From Chryseolinea sp. (GTDB lineage Bacteria; Bacteroidota; Bacteroidia; Cytophagales; Cyclobacteriaceae), in assembly GCA_031388805.1 (NCBI GenBank), contig JANMRZ010000112.1, positions 17,885-81,884 on the forward strand: DNA of 64,000 nucleotides, written 5' to 3'. How positions within the stretch are numbered: the first letter of the stretch is position 1; each line of letters begins with the position of its first letter. The translations under genes and the position numbers were made by a program. Positions 19,150 to 28,690 of this stretch are shown piece after piece. The notes under the pieces are model-generated. The model was not told the origin of the DNA. It did not search any database and saw only the letters and a list, made by a program, of their open reading frames with translations.

Positions 19150-20682
19150 ATGACAAAAGGTAACAAAACGATGGCCGACTTTAAATTTCCTAAATCCCCA
19201 ACCGGAATTGAGGGCCTGGACGTAATTACAAACGGGGGCATACCTAAAAACCGCCCTACCCTTTTGTTGGGAAACACAGGCTGTGGAAAAACAATTATGG
19301 CGATGGAATTCCTGATCAATGGAATCGTTACGTTCAATGAGCCCGCAGTATTTATGGCGTTTGAAGAGCAAACGGATGAATTGGTATTGAATGTAAAATC
19401 ACTAGGCTTTGATCTGGCTAAACATGTTGCGAACAACAAAATATATCTGGAGCATGTAAAGATTAGTAAGAACGAGATGGTGGATACGGGTAAGTATGAC
19501 ATTGAGGGCTTATTTGTAAGACTTGGAAGGGCAATTGACAAAGTAAAGGCAAAGCGTGTGGTGCTGGATTCACTGGATACACTTTTTTATTCCCTCGATT
19601 ACCAAACATTACGCATGGAATTTAAGCGCCTTCTTTCATGGCTAAAAGAAAGGAAAGTCACTGCTATCATTACTGCAGAGATTGGCGATTCTTTTCTTAC
19701 CCGACACGGACTTGAAGAATATGTTGTTGATTGTGTAATAGCATTGGATAATAGAGTAACCAATCAGATTTCCACGAGGCGATTAAGGATCATAAAATAC
19801 CGCGGTTCACTACACGGTAATAATGAGTATCCGTTTCTGGTTGACGAAAAAGGAATAACAGTCTTACCTGTTATTCCGGAAGCCTTTGATCAAAAATCAA
19901 ATACGAAAAGGATTTCATCGGGTATTGAGAACTTAGATGAAATGTTAGGTAAAAAAGGGTTTTATGCAGGAAGCAGTATTCTTATTTCAGGAACAGCCGG
20001 TACCGGGAAAACGAGTGTAGCCGCCTCGTTTGCCTATAGTGTCTGTAAAGCTAAAAAGACGTGCCTTTTTGCGGCCTTTGAAGAAGCGCCAAACCAGATC
20101 ATTCGGAATATGCGATCTATAGGAATCAACCTGGATCCGTTGGTTAAATCAGGAATACTTACTTTTTATTATTCACGACCAACGTTACAGAATCTTGAAC
20201 TTCATTTTATCGCTATTAGAAAGATCATTGATAAGATAAAGCCTACTGTAGTTGTCCTTGATCCGATTACAAATTTAATGACGGAAGGCCCGAACAGTGA
20301 TATACGATCCATGCTCACACGGTTTGTGGATTTTTTAAAAACTCAGCAAATAACGGTAATGTTTACTGCCGCCATAACCGTTGGGTCAATAGAGCGCAAT
20401 CCGAGTGACGAAGGAATTTCGTCCATGGTTGATACGTGGATGATGGTGCAGGATATAGAAGTAGATGCCCAACGTACCCGAAGTCTGTGCGTGATGAAAT
20501 CCAGGGGTATGGTCCATTCGACAGATGTCAGGAGGTTCAAAATTTCGAATAAAGGAATTGCGTTACTTCCCATCATGATCGACACTGAAGAACCTAGGTC
20601 CGTTTCCAAAAGAAGCACCAGAGAGCATGAAAACTTATCTACTTCAAAGGAATCTATTGGACTGAAAGAGACTGCTCGATAG
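19150..20682 (+). CDS. kaiC: KaiC-family double-domain ATPase
   Basis: PTGIEGLD...GNTGCGKT...FEE (CI); SSGIENLD...GTAGTGKT...FEE (CII); phosphosite-equivalent EGISSMVDTW. Confidence 0.92.
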   Translation: MTKGNKTMADFKFPKSPTGIEGLDVITNGGIPKNRPTLLLGNTGCGKTIMAMEFLINGIVTFNEPAVFMAFEEQTDELVLNVKSLGFDLAKHVANNKIYLEHVKISKNEMVDTGKYDIEGLFVRLGRAIDKVKAKRVVLDSLDTLFYSLDYQTLRMEFKRLLSWLKERKVTAIITAEIGDSFLTRHGLEEYVVDCVIALDNRVTNQISTRRLRIIKYRGSLHGNNEYPFLVDEKGITVLPVIPEAFDQKSNTKRISSGIENLDEMLGKKGFYAGSSILISGTAGTGKTSVAASFAYSVCKAKKTCLFAAFEEAPNQIIRNMRSIGINLDPLVKSGILTFYYSRPTLQNLELHFIAIRKIIDKIKPTVVVLDPITNLMTEGPNSDIRSMLTRFVDFLKTQQITVMFTAAITVGSIERNPSDEGISSMVDTWMMVQDIEVDAQRTRSLCVMKSRGMVHSTDVRRFKISNKGIALLPIMIDTEEPRSVSKRSTREHENLSTSKESIGLKETAR

Positions 20683-20750
20683 CATGAAGGCGCTGGACCT
20701 CCAAGACCTATTACTTTGTTTGAATATTTTAACTTGAAAACAAGCGAAAA

Positions 20751-21077
20751 TTGATGTCAACAAAATCAGTATCAAAGTTGAAAGCTAAAAGAGCACTTAA
20801 TGGCAAGAGGGAAAAGTATATCCTTAAACTATTCGTGGCCGGTATTTCACCCAATTCCATTCGGGCAATTGAAAATATCAATGTGATCTGTGAGGAACAC
20901 CTGAAAGGAAAATACGAATTAGAGGTAATAGATATCTACCAGCAACCCTCCCTGGCCCTTAAGGAAGAAATAATTACTATACCGGTATTGATAAAGAAAT
21001 TTCCATTACCTGAAGCAAGGTTAATCGGAGATTTATCTGACGCTAAAATAGTTCTGAAAGAACTTCGGCTGGGTTAA
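20751..21077 (+). CDS. kaiB: KaiB-family protein
   Basis: YILKLFVAGISPNSIRAIENI...YELEVIDIYQQP...IPVLIKKFPLP..RLIGDLSD. Confidence 0.88.
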   Translation: MMSTKSVSKLKAKRALNGKREKYILKLFVAGISPNSIRAIENINVICEEHLKGKYELEVIDIYQQPSLALKEEIITIPVLIKKFPLPEARLIGDLSDAKIVLKELRLG

Positions 21078-21088
21078 TTCGCACTCCA

Positions 21089-22393
21089 ATGAATCGCGAA
21101 AACTACCCGAAAGAACTTTTAAAAGAGATTGGAAGACTGAACAAGGAAACCGTTGATCTTAAGCAACAACTACATAAGGCTACCAATTCAATCAATGAAA
21201 TTAAGGCCAGAAACATTGATGCGCTGGTTATTGCCAATAACAAAGATCTAAAAGTTTATGCGGAACAATCGGCAGACAAGACATACCGGGTTCTGATTGA
21301 GAAAATGAATGAAGGAGCCGTTATGCTCAATGCAGGTGGAACAATTCTGTACTGCAATTCCTATTTTGCATCTATGGTTAGCGTTCCCTTGCAAAAATTA
21401 ATAGGAACAAAATTCAAAGTCTTTATTGATGAGGTTTCAAATGAGTTGTTGGCAAAGTTGATGAATCAAAGAGGTGACGGATCGCTCAAGAAAGAAGTAT
21501 TGATTCATGCTGATAATAAGAAGGTCATGCCGGTTCTGATGTCTGTCAATACGTTGTCCCTCAATAACAACACTGCCTTAAGTATCATTCTTACCGATCT
21601 TACCATACAAAATAGAAATCAAGAGGAATTAAGGCTTAGGTCTGAACAACTGGCAAAACAAAATATTGAGCTCGAAAATGCAAATAAGGAATTGACCATG
21701 TTTACGTTCATATCAAGTCACGATTTGCAGGAACCTCTAAGGAAGATTCAAACCTTTGTATCTCTTCTATTCAAACAAGAGGAAAGTAGATTGTCAGATA
21801 AAGGCAAGGAGTACTTCAATAGATTGAGCGAAACGGCCGGGAGGATGCGAGCCCTCATTGGAGATTTGCTCACTTACTCTAGTACGAAGAGTAGTGAACG
21901 TAAATTTGAAAAAATAGACTTGAATATCCTGGTTGCTGAAGTAGTAAAGGATTGTGAAGAGATTATGCAGGAAAAGAAAGCTACGGTTGAAGCTGGCAAT
22001 CTTGGTGAAGCCAACATCATTCAACTCCAATTTCGCCAACTCATTTACAATCTCATCTGGAACTCGCTAAAATTCTCAGAGTCAGAAAGAGCACCACGGA
22101 TAAAAATTAAGAACGAAATCGAAAAGCGAAGTAAACTGAAGGGTGGCAAAGGGTCACCAAAAGTTGACTACCATCACCTTACGTATTCCGACAATGGGAT
22201 TGGCTTTGAGCCTCAATTTAATGAACGTGTTTTTGAAGTATTCCAGCGCCTTCACAGCAAGGAAAAATATCAAGGTACAGGAATGGGTCTCGCCATTTGT
22301 AAAAGAATTGTTGAAAATCACAATGGAACAATTACCGCTTCAGGTAAATTAAATAAGGGAGTAAGGTTTGATATTTATATTCCGGTTTCGTAA
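21089..22393 (+). CDS. Cytoplasmic PAS-domain sensor histidine kinase
   Basis: N-terminal coiled coil, PAS, SHDLQEPLRKI H-box, DNGIGF and GTGMGLAIC HATPase boxes. Confidence 0.9.
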   Translation: MNRENYPKELLKEIGRLNKETVDLKQQLHKATNSINEIKARNIDALVIANNKDLKVYAEQSADKTYRVLIEKMNEGAVMLNAGGTILYCNSYFASMVSVPLQKLIGTKFKVFIDEVSNELLAKLMNQRGDGSLKKEVLIHADNKKVMPVLMSVNTLSLNNNTALSIILTDLTIQNRNQEELRLRSEQLAKQNIELENANKELTMFTFISSHDLQEPLRKIQTFVSLLFKQEESRLSDKGKEYFNRLSETAGRMRALIGDLLTYSSTKSSERKFEKIDLNILVAEVVKDCEEIMQEKKATVEAGNLGEANIIQLQFRQLIYNLIWNSLKFSESERAPRIKIKNEIEKRSKLKGGKGSPKVDYHHLTYSDNGIGFEPQFNERVFEVFQRLHSKEKYQGTGMGLAICKRIVENHNGTITASGKLNKGVRFDIYIPVS

Positions 22394-22450
22394 AAATATT
22401 CAACCCATGAATTCGCCAAATATTTCCATGGTGGCCGGTGTTAGGGGGAG

Positions 22451-22510
22451 AACTTCGAACCTTGAACTTCGAACCTTGAACTTTAAACCTTGAACTTTAA
22501 ACCTCGAACC
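22451..22510. repeat. Heptamer tandem repeat (AACYTBR), about 8.5 copies
   Basis: AACTTCG AACCTTG AACTTCG AACCTTG AACTTTA AACCTTG AACTTTA AACCTCG AACC. Confidence 0.85.
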
Positions 22511-22513
22511 GTA

Positions 22514-23044
22514 TCATGCCGCGAGCAAACTATGCTGTCGCATAACACCAGCTGCATCCGTTATCATCACCATCACTCCCGCATTCAGTTGGGATGGATG
22601 AAGCCAGAAGAACGATTCGCCTTTCGGAAGCGTTCGTGTTTCTTTCTCGCCTGAACCGTTATTTACAACAATGTCTACTTGTGCTAAATCAAAGCCTTTC
22701 TTTTCGATAAAGAATGTCGTTTTATCTGCATATTGATTCACTTGCATTACTTTGGCACTTCGCATGTAATCGGCAATGGCGGCAGTATAAGCATTCGGTA
22801 GTTTTAGTTTACGTGCTTTCTTTTGATAATACGCTTTCTGATCAGGGTCCAGTAGTATAGTCTTAGCCCACTGCGATGCTTTCCTGAAACGATCGCGGTT
22901 TTCCTTCTGCTGATTACTCTCTGTGCTTGGCTTTGGTGGACGATTGCACATAACGGTTTTACCCCGCACTTGCTTGAATACGATCGACTTGCCGAACATT
23001 CCGCTGATGCCTTCTATTATTGCATTGTTCTTGATAATGGCCAT
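22514..23044 (-). CDS. Hypothetical protein of a Bacteroidota family with a basic N-terminus
   Basis: MAIIKNNAIIEGISGMFGKSIVFKQVRGKTVM...QQKENRDRFRKAS...NAYTAAIADYM. I recognise the pattern as common in Bacteroidota (DUF6266-like N-terminus), but not verified by search. Confidence 0.7.
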   Translation of the reverse strand: MAIIKNNAIIEGISGMFGKSIVFKQVRGKTVMCNRPPKPSTESNQQKENRDRFRKASQWAKTILLDPDQKAYYQKKARKLKLPNAYTAAIADYMRSAKVMQVNQYADKTTFFIEKKGFDLAQVDIVVNNGSGEKETRTLPKGESFFWLHPSQLNAGVMVMITDAAGVMRQHSLLAA

Positions 23045-23214
23045 AATTATTTCGTTTTTTTTAAGTGAAATTAGGCATCATGCTCAGTGCCAGCAATTAT
23101 AAAGCTCAGAATTGCAATCCATTTAAGCCGCTTGCAACCAACATTGCGAATTTTTCAACACGGTATTTACCTCCATTGAATTCTGTCTAATGCCAACGAG
23201 TATATAGGGTACTA

Positions 23215-23261
23215 GTTGCCGGTTGCCAGTTACCGGGAACCGGTAACTGGCAACCGGCAAC
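23215..23261. repeat. Perfect 22-bp inverted repeat with a 3-nt loop
   Basis: GTTGCCGGTTGCCAGTTACCGG-GAA-CCGGTAACTGGCAACCGGCAAC; the arms are built from TTRCCRG heptamers. Confidence 0.9.
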
Positions 23262-23291
23262 AGATGGTGATGAATATTAAGGACTAAACCT

Positions 23292-23379
23292 GGGGCAGTA
23301 GCAACCTACTAGCAAGGTAGTAGCAAGAACGAGTGGAAGACAAATGGACAACAAGTGGGAAAAGAGTGGAAAATCGCTT
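23292..23379. repeat. Degenerate 11-bp periodic repeat, about 8 units
   Basis: GGGGCAGTAGC AACCTACTAGC AAGGTAGTAGC AAGAACGAGTG GAAGACAAATG GACAACAAGTG GGAAAAGAGTG GAAAATCGCTT. Confidence 0.5.
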
Positions 23380-23705
23380 AGAAAAGGGGAGTTGAGAATA
23401 ACGAACAACGGGCATCTGGATGGCCATGCGCTTTCGTTTCCGAAGATACATATTTTTATTGCTGATAATGAGAGGCCGTTAAACTTTATCTGCGTGGTAC
23501 GACCGGGTGCACTATGGAAGATTCTGCTGAGAGGAGCTCGAACCTTATTGTGTTTCGAATAAGCGCATGGAGGGAACTTTCGCGCCAGCAATGGTTGCAA
23601 TTAAAAGATGAAATAGTAAAGATCAAATTAATTAATAATGTTGAAATGAATAGAGTGGATTATTGTGAACTATTAAAGGCTCTTGATATAGTTATTGCAT
23701 ACTAG
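23344..23705 (+). pseudogene. Possible frameshifted hypothetical gene (two overlapping ORFs)
   Basis: ORFs 23344..23562 and 23514..23705 overlap in different frames and both read as plausible protein; no family recognised. Confidence 0.3.
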
Positions 23706-23850
23706 TTTTCCTTTCTTCTTAATAAATCAGATAAAATTATGAAAATATTGTGATTGGGATTATAATCCCGATCAGTGTCGCCAGCCTCTGGGACACCGAT
23801 CCATGCACATACTTCACAATTCAATCACTCTAATTTAAAATTCTCATTCG

Positions 23851-26208
23851 CTACTCATCCTTCAAACATTCCGTAGGGTTTACAAGCGATGCTTTGATAG
23901 CCTGACTTCCCACCGTCATCAAAGCAATTAGAATTGCCAGCACGCCTGCGCCAATGAAAAACCAGATCTCAAGATTAATCGCGTAAGCAAAATTATGAAG
24001 CCATTCACCTGTTAAGTAATAACTGACTGGAAGTGCAATAAGAATGGAAATGAAAACCAGTTTAAGAAAATCAATGGATAGGAGATACATGATCGCTGCA
24101 GGTGTTGCACCCAACACTTTTCTGATTCCGATTTCTTTTATTCTTCTTTCAGCCGTGAAGGCAGCAAGTCCAAATAAGCCGAGGCATGAAACCATGATGG
24201 TAAGAATGGCAAACCAAAAAGAAAGGGAAGCCACACGTTTCTCTGATGCGTATTGTGATTGATACGCATGATCAAGAAAAGCATAATCGAATGCAAAGCC
24301 AGGATTGAATTGCTTATAGAGTGTTTGTAGATTTTGGATTGTTTCTTCTTCTCTGCCTTGTTCAATCTTTATGAAGATATTAAGAAGTTGTCTTGTCTCT
24401 AAAATAAATGCAAGCGGTGTGATTTCTTCATGGAGTGATCGGTAGTGGAAGTTTTCAGTTACGCCAATAATTTCAACCTTCTTTCCGGCAAACTCCATTT
24501 GCTTACCTATTGGATCTTTCATTCCCATTTTATCTACAGCCGCGCGGTTTAAAATAATTCTGCCTACATCGTTGAAGGACGAAGCAAAAGCTCTTCCTTC
24601 TTTCATTGGAATGCCTAATGTTTCAATCATCCCATAATCAACCATTAAGTTGTGGAAAGAAACTTTCCTGTCTTCGAAATTAACTATTACTGGGTTGCCA
24701 AAACTACTGGCAACATTTCCAACCATGGCCGATGCATTTTTCACTCCGGGAATTGTTCGTACTGCATCAAGAAAGGCGTTATGGTTTTCGGAAACTTTTC
24801 CTTCAATTTCAAAGTAAAGTATGTTATTCTTATCGTATCCAAGATTTCTGTTCTGCACAAAAGACATCTGTTGGTAAATTACCATTACGGAAACAATAAA
24901 GATGATCGATACAGCAAACTGGAATATCACCAAACCTTTTCTTGCAAAGAGTTCACCTATAGAGGTATTCAATTTTCCTCTGAGCACAACGGAAGGATTG
25001 AATCCCGAAAGGTATAATGCCGGATAACTTCCTGCCACGATTCCAGTGGCAAGTGTAATTCCAAGAAATGCACAGATCGTTCTAACTGAAAAATTCAAAT
25101 CAAGTTGTTTCCCGGTAATATCATTGAACGATGGGAGCAGAATAATGCCCAGGACAATGGCAATACCTAAAGAGAGAAAAGAAATAAAAATGGATTCTCC
25201 GAGATATTGTGCTGCTAGTGTTTTACGCCATGCGCCTAATGCTTTTTTGATTCCCACTTCTTTGATTCTCCGTGATGCTTTTGCGGTCGAGAGATTCATG
25301 AAATTAATACAGGCGATCAAGAGTATGATGAACCCGATAATTCCAAACAATTTTACATACTCAATACGGCTTCCTGTTTGAACACCATTTTCAAATTTTC
25401 CATATAAGTATTTATCGGAGTAGCGCGCGACAAAGTATTCACTTTGTTTTTTGCCTGTTCGTTCAGCCATGAAGCTACTCACTTTGTCGTTGAATCTTTT
25501 GATATCTGTCCCCGATTTTAAAGTGAGGAATGTAGAAGGACCTGACGCCATAAGATCGTCTTTAGCGAAATTCATAATCTGCCCCAGAAGCTCGATGTTG
25601 AGCAACAGATCAAATTGTTCAGATGAATTGGAAGGAATATTTTTAAAGATTCCCGAAACAACACTTTCCTTTTTTATGCCGGCGAGCTCCCAAAGAATTG
25701 TTTTTCCGCCTGCATTGGCAACAGAGCCAAAAAATTTTGTTGCGAGTGCTTCAGAAATAACAATGGCATTGATGTCTTTGAATATCTCTTCTTTGTTTCC
25801 ATAGGAAAGGTTGAAAGAAAAGATCTTAAAAAAATCTTTTCCTACAAATTTCCCTTCATTCTTGACGCGCGAACCATCGTGTTCGATAATGAATTTAGGA
25901 AACCAGGCCATGGGTGTTACTGTAGCTGCAAACTCTACCTCAGGCATGGTCTCTGAAAGTACGTACGCCATACCCAGTGGTGTTGCTTCCTGTGTAATGA
26001 TGCCGGTGCTGCTTATTTGATTTTCCATAACCTGGAAAAGCCTGTCTTCATGTTCAAGGAATTTATCGTAACTCAATTCATCATTGATCCAAAGGTAGAT
26101 GAGTAGTGTGCAGGCAAGTCCGGTGGATAGACCAATCAGGTTAATCAAAAATGTAGACTTAAACCTGAGGAAGTTCCGATAAATTAGTTTGATGGAATGG
26201 TAGAACAT
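23851..26208 (-). CDS. MacB/FtsX-like ABC transporter permease (double-domain)
   Basis: IACINFMNLSTAKASRRIKEVGIKKALGA and AERRIKEIGIRKVLGA motifs; no ATPase gene adjacent. Confidence 0.92.
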   Translation of the reverse strand: MFYHSIKLIYRNFLRFKSTFLINLIGLSTGLACTLLIYLWINDELSYDKFLEHEDRLFQVMENQISSTGIITQEATPLGMAYVLSETMPEVEFAATVTPMAWFPKFIIEHDGSRVKNEGKFVGKDFFKIFSFNLSYGNKEEIFKDINAIVISEALATKFFGSVANAGGKTILWELAGIKKESVVSGIFKNIPSNSSEQFDLLLNIELLGQIMNFAKDDLMASGPSTFLTLKSGTDIKRFNDKVSSFMAERTGKKQSEYFVARYSDKYLYGKFENGVQTGSRIEYVKLFGIIGFIILLIACINFMNLSTAKASRRIKEVGIKKALGAWRKTLAAQYLGESIFISFLSLGIAIVLGIILLPSFNDITGKQLDLNFSVRTICAFLGITLATGIVAGSYPALYLSGFNPSVVLRGKLNTSIGELFARKGLVIFQFAVSIIFIVSVMVIYQQMSFVQNRNLGYDKNNILYFEIEGKVSENHNAFLDAVRTIPGVKNASAMVGNVASSFGNPVIVNFEDRKVSFHNLMVDYGMIETLGIPMKEGRAFASSFNDVGRIILNRAAVDKMGMKDPIGKQMEFAGKKVEIIGVTENFHYRSLHEEITPLAFILETRQLLNIFIKIEQGREEETIQNLQTLYKQFNPGFAFDYAFLDHAYQSQYASEKRVASLSFWFAILTIMVSCLGLFGLAAFTAERRIKEIGIRKVLGATPAAIMYLLSIDFLKLVFISILIALPVSYYLTGEWLHNFAYAINLEIWFFIGAGVLAILIALMTVGSQAIKASLVNPTECLKDE

Positions 26209-26323
26209 CTTTCGTTTATATTTAGGTAAACGAATATATTTAATCTTTACTCAAAATGCCAAAGTAAGAACAGCGTGACCATCATTACTTTTGAAAAATC
26301 TGAATCATTATTAAACTGTTTAT

Positions 26324-26782
26324 ATGAGCGTTGAAATCATCGAATACCAAGATCACCACCAACCCATCTTCAAAGCACTGAATGCTGTGTGGTTGGAACA
26401 CTATAATCTGATGGAACAGCATGACCATGAAATACTGAATAATCCGCGCGAGCTTATTTTAAAAAATGGTGGTGTTATTTACCTGGCGCAGCATCAAAAT
26501 GAAATTGTAGGTTCGGCTGCCTTAATAAAAGAACATGATGGTATATATGAACTCGCCAAGATGACGGTTGCCGCATCGCATCAAAAAATGGGTATCAGTA
26601 AATTGTTGCTTGAGAAATGTCTTGAAAAGGCAAGGTCACTTCATGGTTCGCGCATTATATTATTCTCTAACCATCAATTAAAAACCGCACTTTCATTATA
26701 TGAAAAGTATGGTTTTCAACATATAATGGTTGAAGATTCTCCTTTTGCAACGGCTGATGTGAAAATGGAATTGGTTCTTTAA
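26324..26782 (+). CDS. GNAT-family N-acetyltransferase
   Basis: YELAKMTVAASHQKMGISKLLL acetyl-CoA motif; ALSLYEKYGF. Confidence 0.88.
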   Translation: MSVEIIEYQDHHQPIFKALNAVWLEHYNLMEQHDHEILNNPRELILKNGGVIYLAQHQNEIVGSAALIKEHDGIYELAKMTVAASHQKMGISKLLLEKCLEKARSLHGSRIILFSNHQLKTALSLYEKYGFQHIMVEDSPFATADVKMELVL

Positions 26783-26982
26783 TTCATATTGATTTTGATA
26801 CAATCGTTATACACGGTGAACGATTGTAATGGTAAGTTGTGGTGCTCAAATTGGATGAAATCGAATAGCACATCAATCCACTTTTAACGGTAATGGTTTT
26901 CCTGTATATTTTCAATAGCTAAGTTCAGATTCATTCTTAAAGACAGGCTCCCTTCAAGCCTCATAATCGGTTAATTAATAGT

Positions 26983-27195
26983 ATGCAGGATAACGGTTTG
27001 GGCATTGATACAGAATTGTTTAAAAACAAAATAATTAATTTATATCAACGCTTTCATAACCATGTGGAAGGTAAGGGATTGGGATTGTATTTAATCAAAA
27101 CACAGATGCTGGCATTGGGCGGGAAAATTGAATTGGAAAGTAAGGTGGATGAGGATACTGTTTTTAAAGTTTATTTTAAAAAATCGAGTCATTAA
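26983..27195 (+). pseudogene. Histidine kinase HATPase_c C-terminal fragment
   Basis: QDNGLGID...GKGLGLYLIK...GGKIELESKVDEDTVFKVYF covers the G1/F/G2 boxes only; no H- or N-box upstream in frame. Confidence 0.65.
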
Positions 27196-27349
27196 TTTCT
27201 TTAAATTGTAAGAACAGGCGGTTGGCTTTCATTTAATTAAAGTTACGTTGTTATCACACAGCTTAACTGAAGTTTTGTTCAAATTTATTTGGAGGTTACC
27301 GCATCCATAAAAGCGGATTAATCGTTAGTTAAAACTTATTAAATTTAAT

Positions 27350-28273
27350 GTGTCACGACTTAACGACCTTGCTTTGTCTGAATTCGATAACGATAAGCGA
27401 TTAAATGATATTCTCGAAATGATCGGGAGAGTGGCAGCACTTGATTTTTCAAAGACGCTCCCCATCAGTGAAAAGAACGACATGATCGATGCTATCGGTT
27501 TGGGGTTGAATATGCTCAGTGAAGAACTCAACACCAACGTAGGAGAAAGATCAAAGCTTGATACTGTAAACAGCAAGCTTGAAAAGTTTGCCTACACCAC
27601 GGCACATGATCTTCGTGCTCCTTTAAATTCCATTACCGGACTTGTTACACTTCTGGAGCTTACGTTGAACCCAGCCGAGGATAGTGAAGTGAATAAATAC
27701 ATTATGCAATTGAAGAAGACCACTGATCAAATGAAGAATCTGGTTCATGGTATTCTCGAATACTCTAAAACGGACACCGCTTCAATTGAAGAACAGGAAA
27801 TTGATTTGAATGAAGTTATTGAAGAGATAATCGAAATCGATCAGCTTTTGGATAGTGCAGTGATAAAAATTGAAAGTGTACTTCCTGCAGTTGTTTTCAA
27901 TCGAGCAGCCATGGATCAGGTAATCCGGAATTTGTTGAATAACGCGATTAAGTATTCCGATAAAAAAAAATGTGAGATTATTATTCGAACGAAAGAAGCG
28001 GATAAACATTTCCTCATTTGTATATCCGATAATGGCCCTGGCATTGCGCGAGAGTATCAGGAGAAAATTTTTGAGTTGTTTAACAAGGTAGAAAGCGAAT
28101 CAAAAGTAGATAGCCACGGTATTGGACTGGCAACCGTAAAAAGTGTTTTAGAGTCTGTTGGAGAACGCATCTGGGTTGAGTCCACCGTAAACGAAGGCGC
28201 TACGTTTTGTTTTACGCTCAAGAAGGAACGGCAAGTGAAAGATGTACACACCTTATCCGGACTGAAAAAATAA
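27350..28273 (+). CDS. Cytoplasmic sensor histidine kinase with HAMP-like N-terminus
   Basis: GTG start; AHDLRAPLNSI, NLLNNAIKY, DNGPGI, GIGLA. Confidence 0.88.
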   Translation: MSRLNDLALSEFDNDKRLNDILEMIGRVAALDFSKTLPISEKNDMIDAIGLGLNMLSEELNTNVGERSKLDTVNSKLEKFAYTTAHDLRAPLNSITGLVTLLELTLNPAEDSEVNKYIMQLKKTTDQMKNLVHGILEYSKTDTASIEEQEIDLNEVIEEIIEIDQLLDSAVIKIESVLPAVVFNRAAMDQVIRNLLNNAIKYSDKKKCEIIIRTKEADKHFLICISDNGPGIAREYQEKIFELFNKVESESKVDSHGIGLATVKSVLESVGERIWVESTVNEGATFCFTLKKERQVKDVHTLSGLKK

Positions 28274-28279
28274 CACGCT

Positions 28280-28648
28280 ATGTACAGCGAGACAACAAAA
28301 ATCAAATTCACATTTGGCCCCGACAAGATTTTGTACACAGAATGTTCTCCCAATACGACTATGACATTGGAGGATGGCAAGGAGAGTACACGTATTTCTG
28401 GTGAAATGGTGAACTATGAACCTCGTCCGCTTCTGTGTGACCTTACCAATGTAGTGAGAATGACTCAGGATTGCCGAAAACATTTTGCGGGGGCAGAACA
28501 TTCTGCAACCTTCAGCAAATGTGCTTTGATTGTAACCAGTCCAGTGAGCAAGTTAATCGGGAATTTTTTCCTGGGACTTAACAAACCTCTGAAACCCACA
28601 CGACTTTTCAACAGCAAAGAAGAAGGACTAAAATGGCTGAGCGAATAA
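28280..28648 (+). CDS. STAS/SEC14-like small protein
   Basis: PLLCDLTNV...ALIVTSPVSKLIGNFFLGLNKPLKPTRLFNSKEEGLKWL, a SpoIIAA/STAS-like pattern. Confidence 0.72.
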   Translation: MYSETTKIKFTFGPDKILYTECSPNTTMTLEDGKESTRISGEMVNYEPRPLLCDLTNVVRMTQDCRKHFAGAEHSATFSKCALIVTSPVSKLIGNFFLGLNKPLKPTRLFNSKEEGLKWLSE

Positions 28649-28690
28649 TGATATTTTGAGAGTGAACACCAATCATCAAAGCAACTTCAT

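Noticed and set aside
22451-23379. CRISPR array suggested by the local repeats
   Set aside because: There is no repeat-spacer alternation, the units are 7 or 11 bp, and no cas genes are present.
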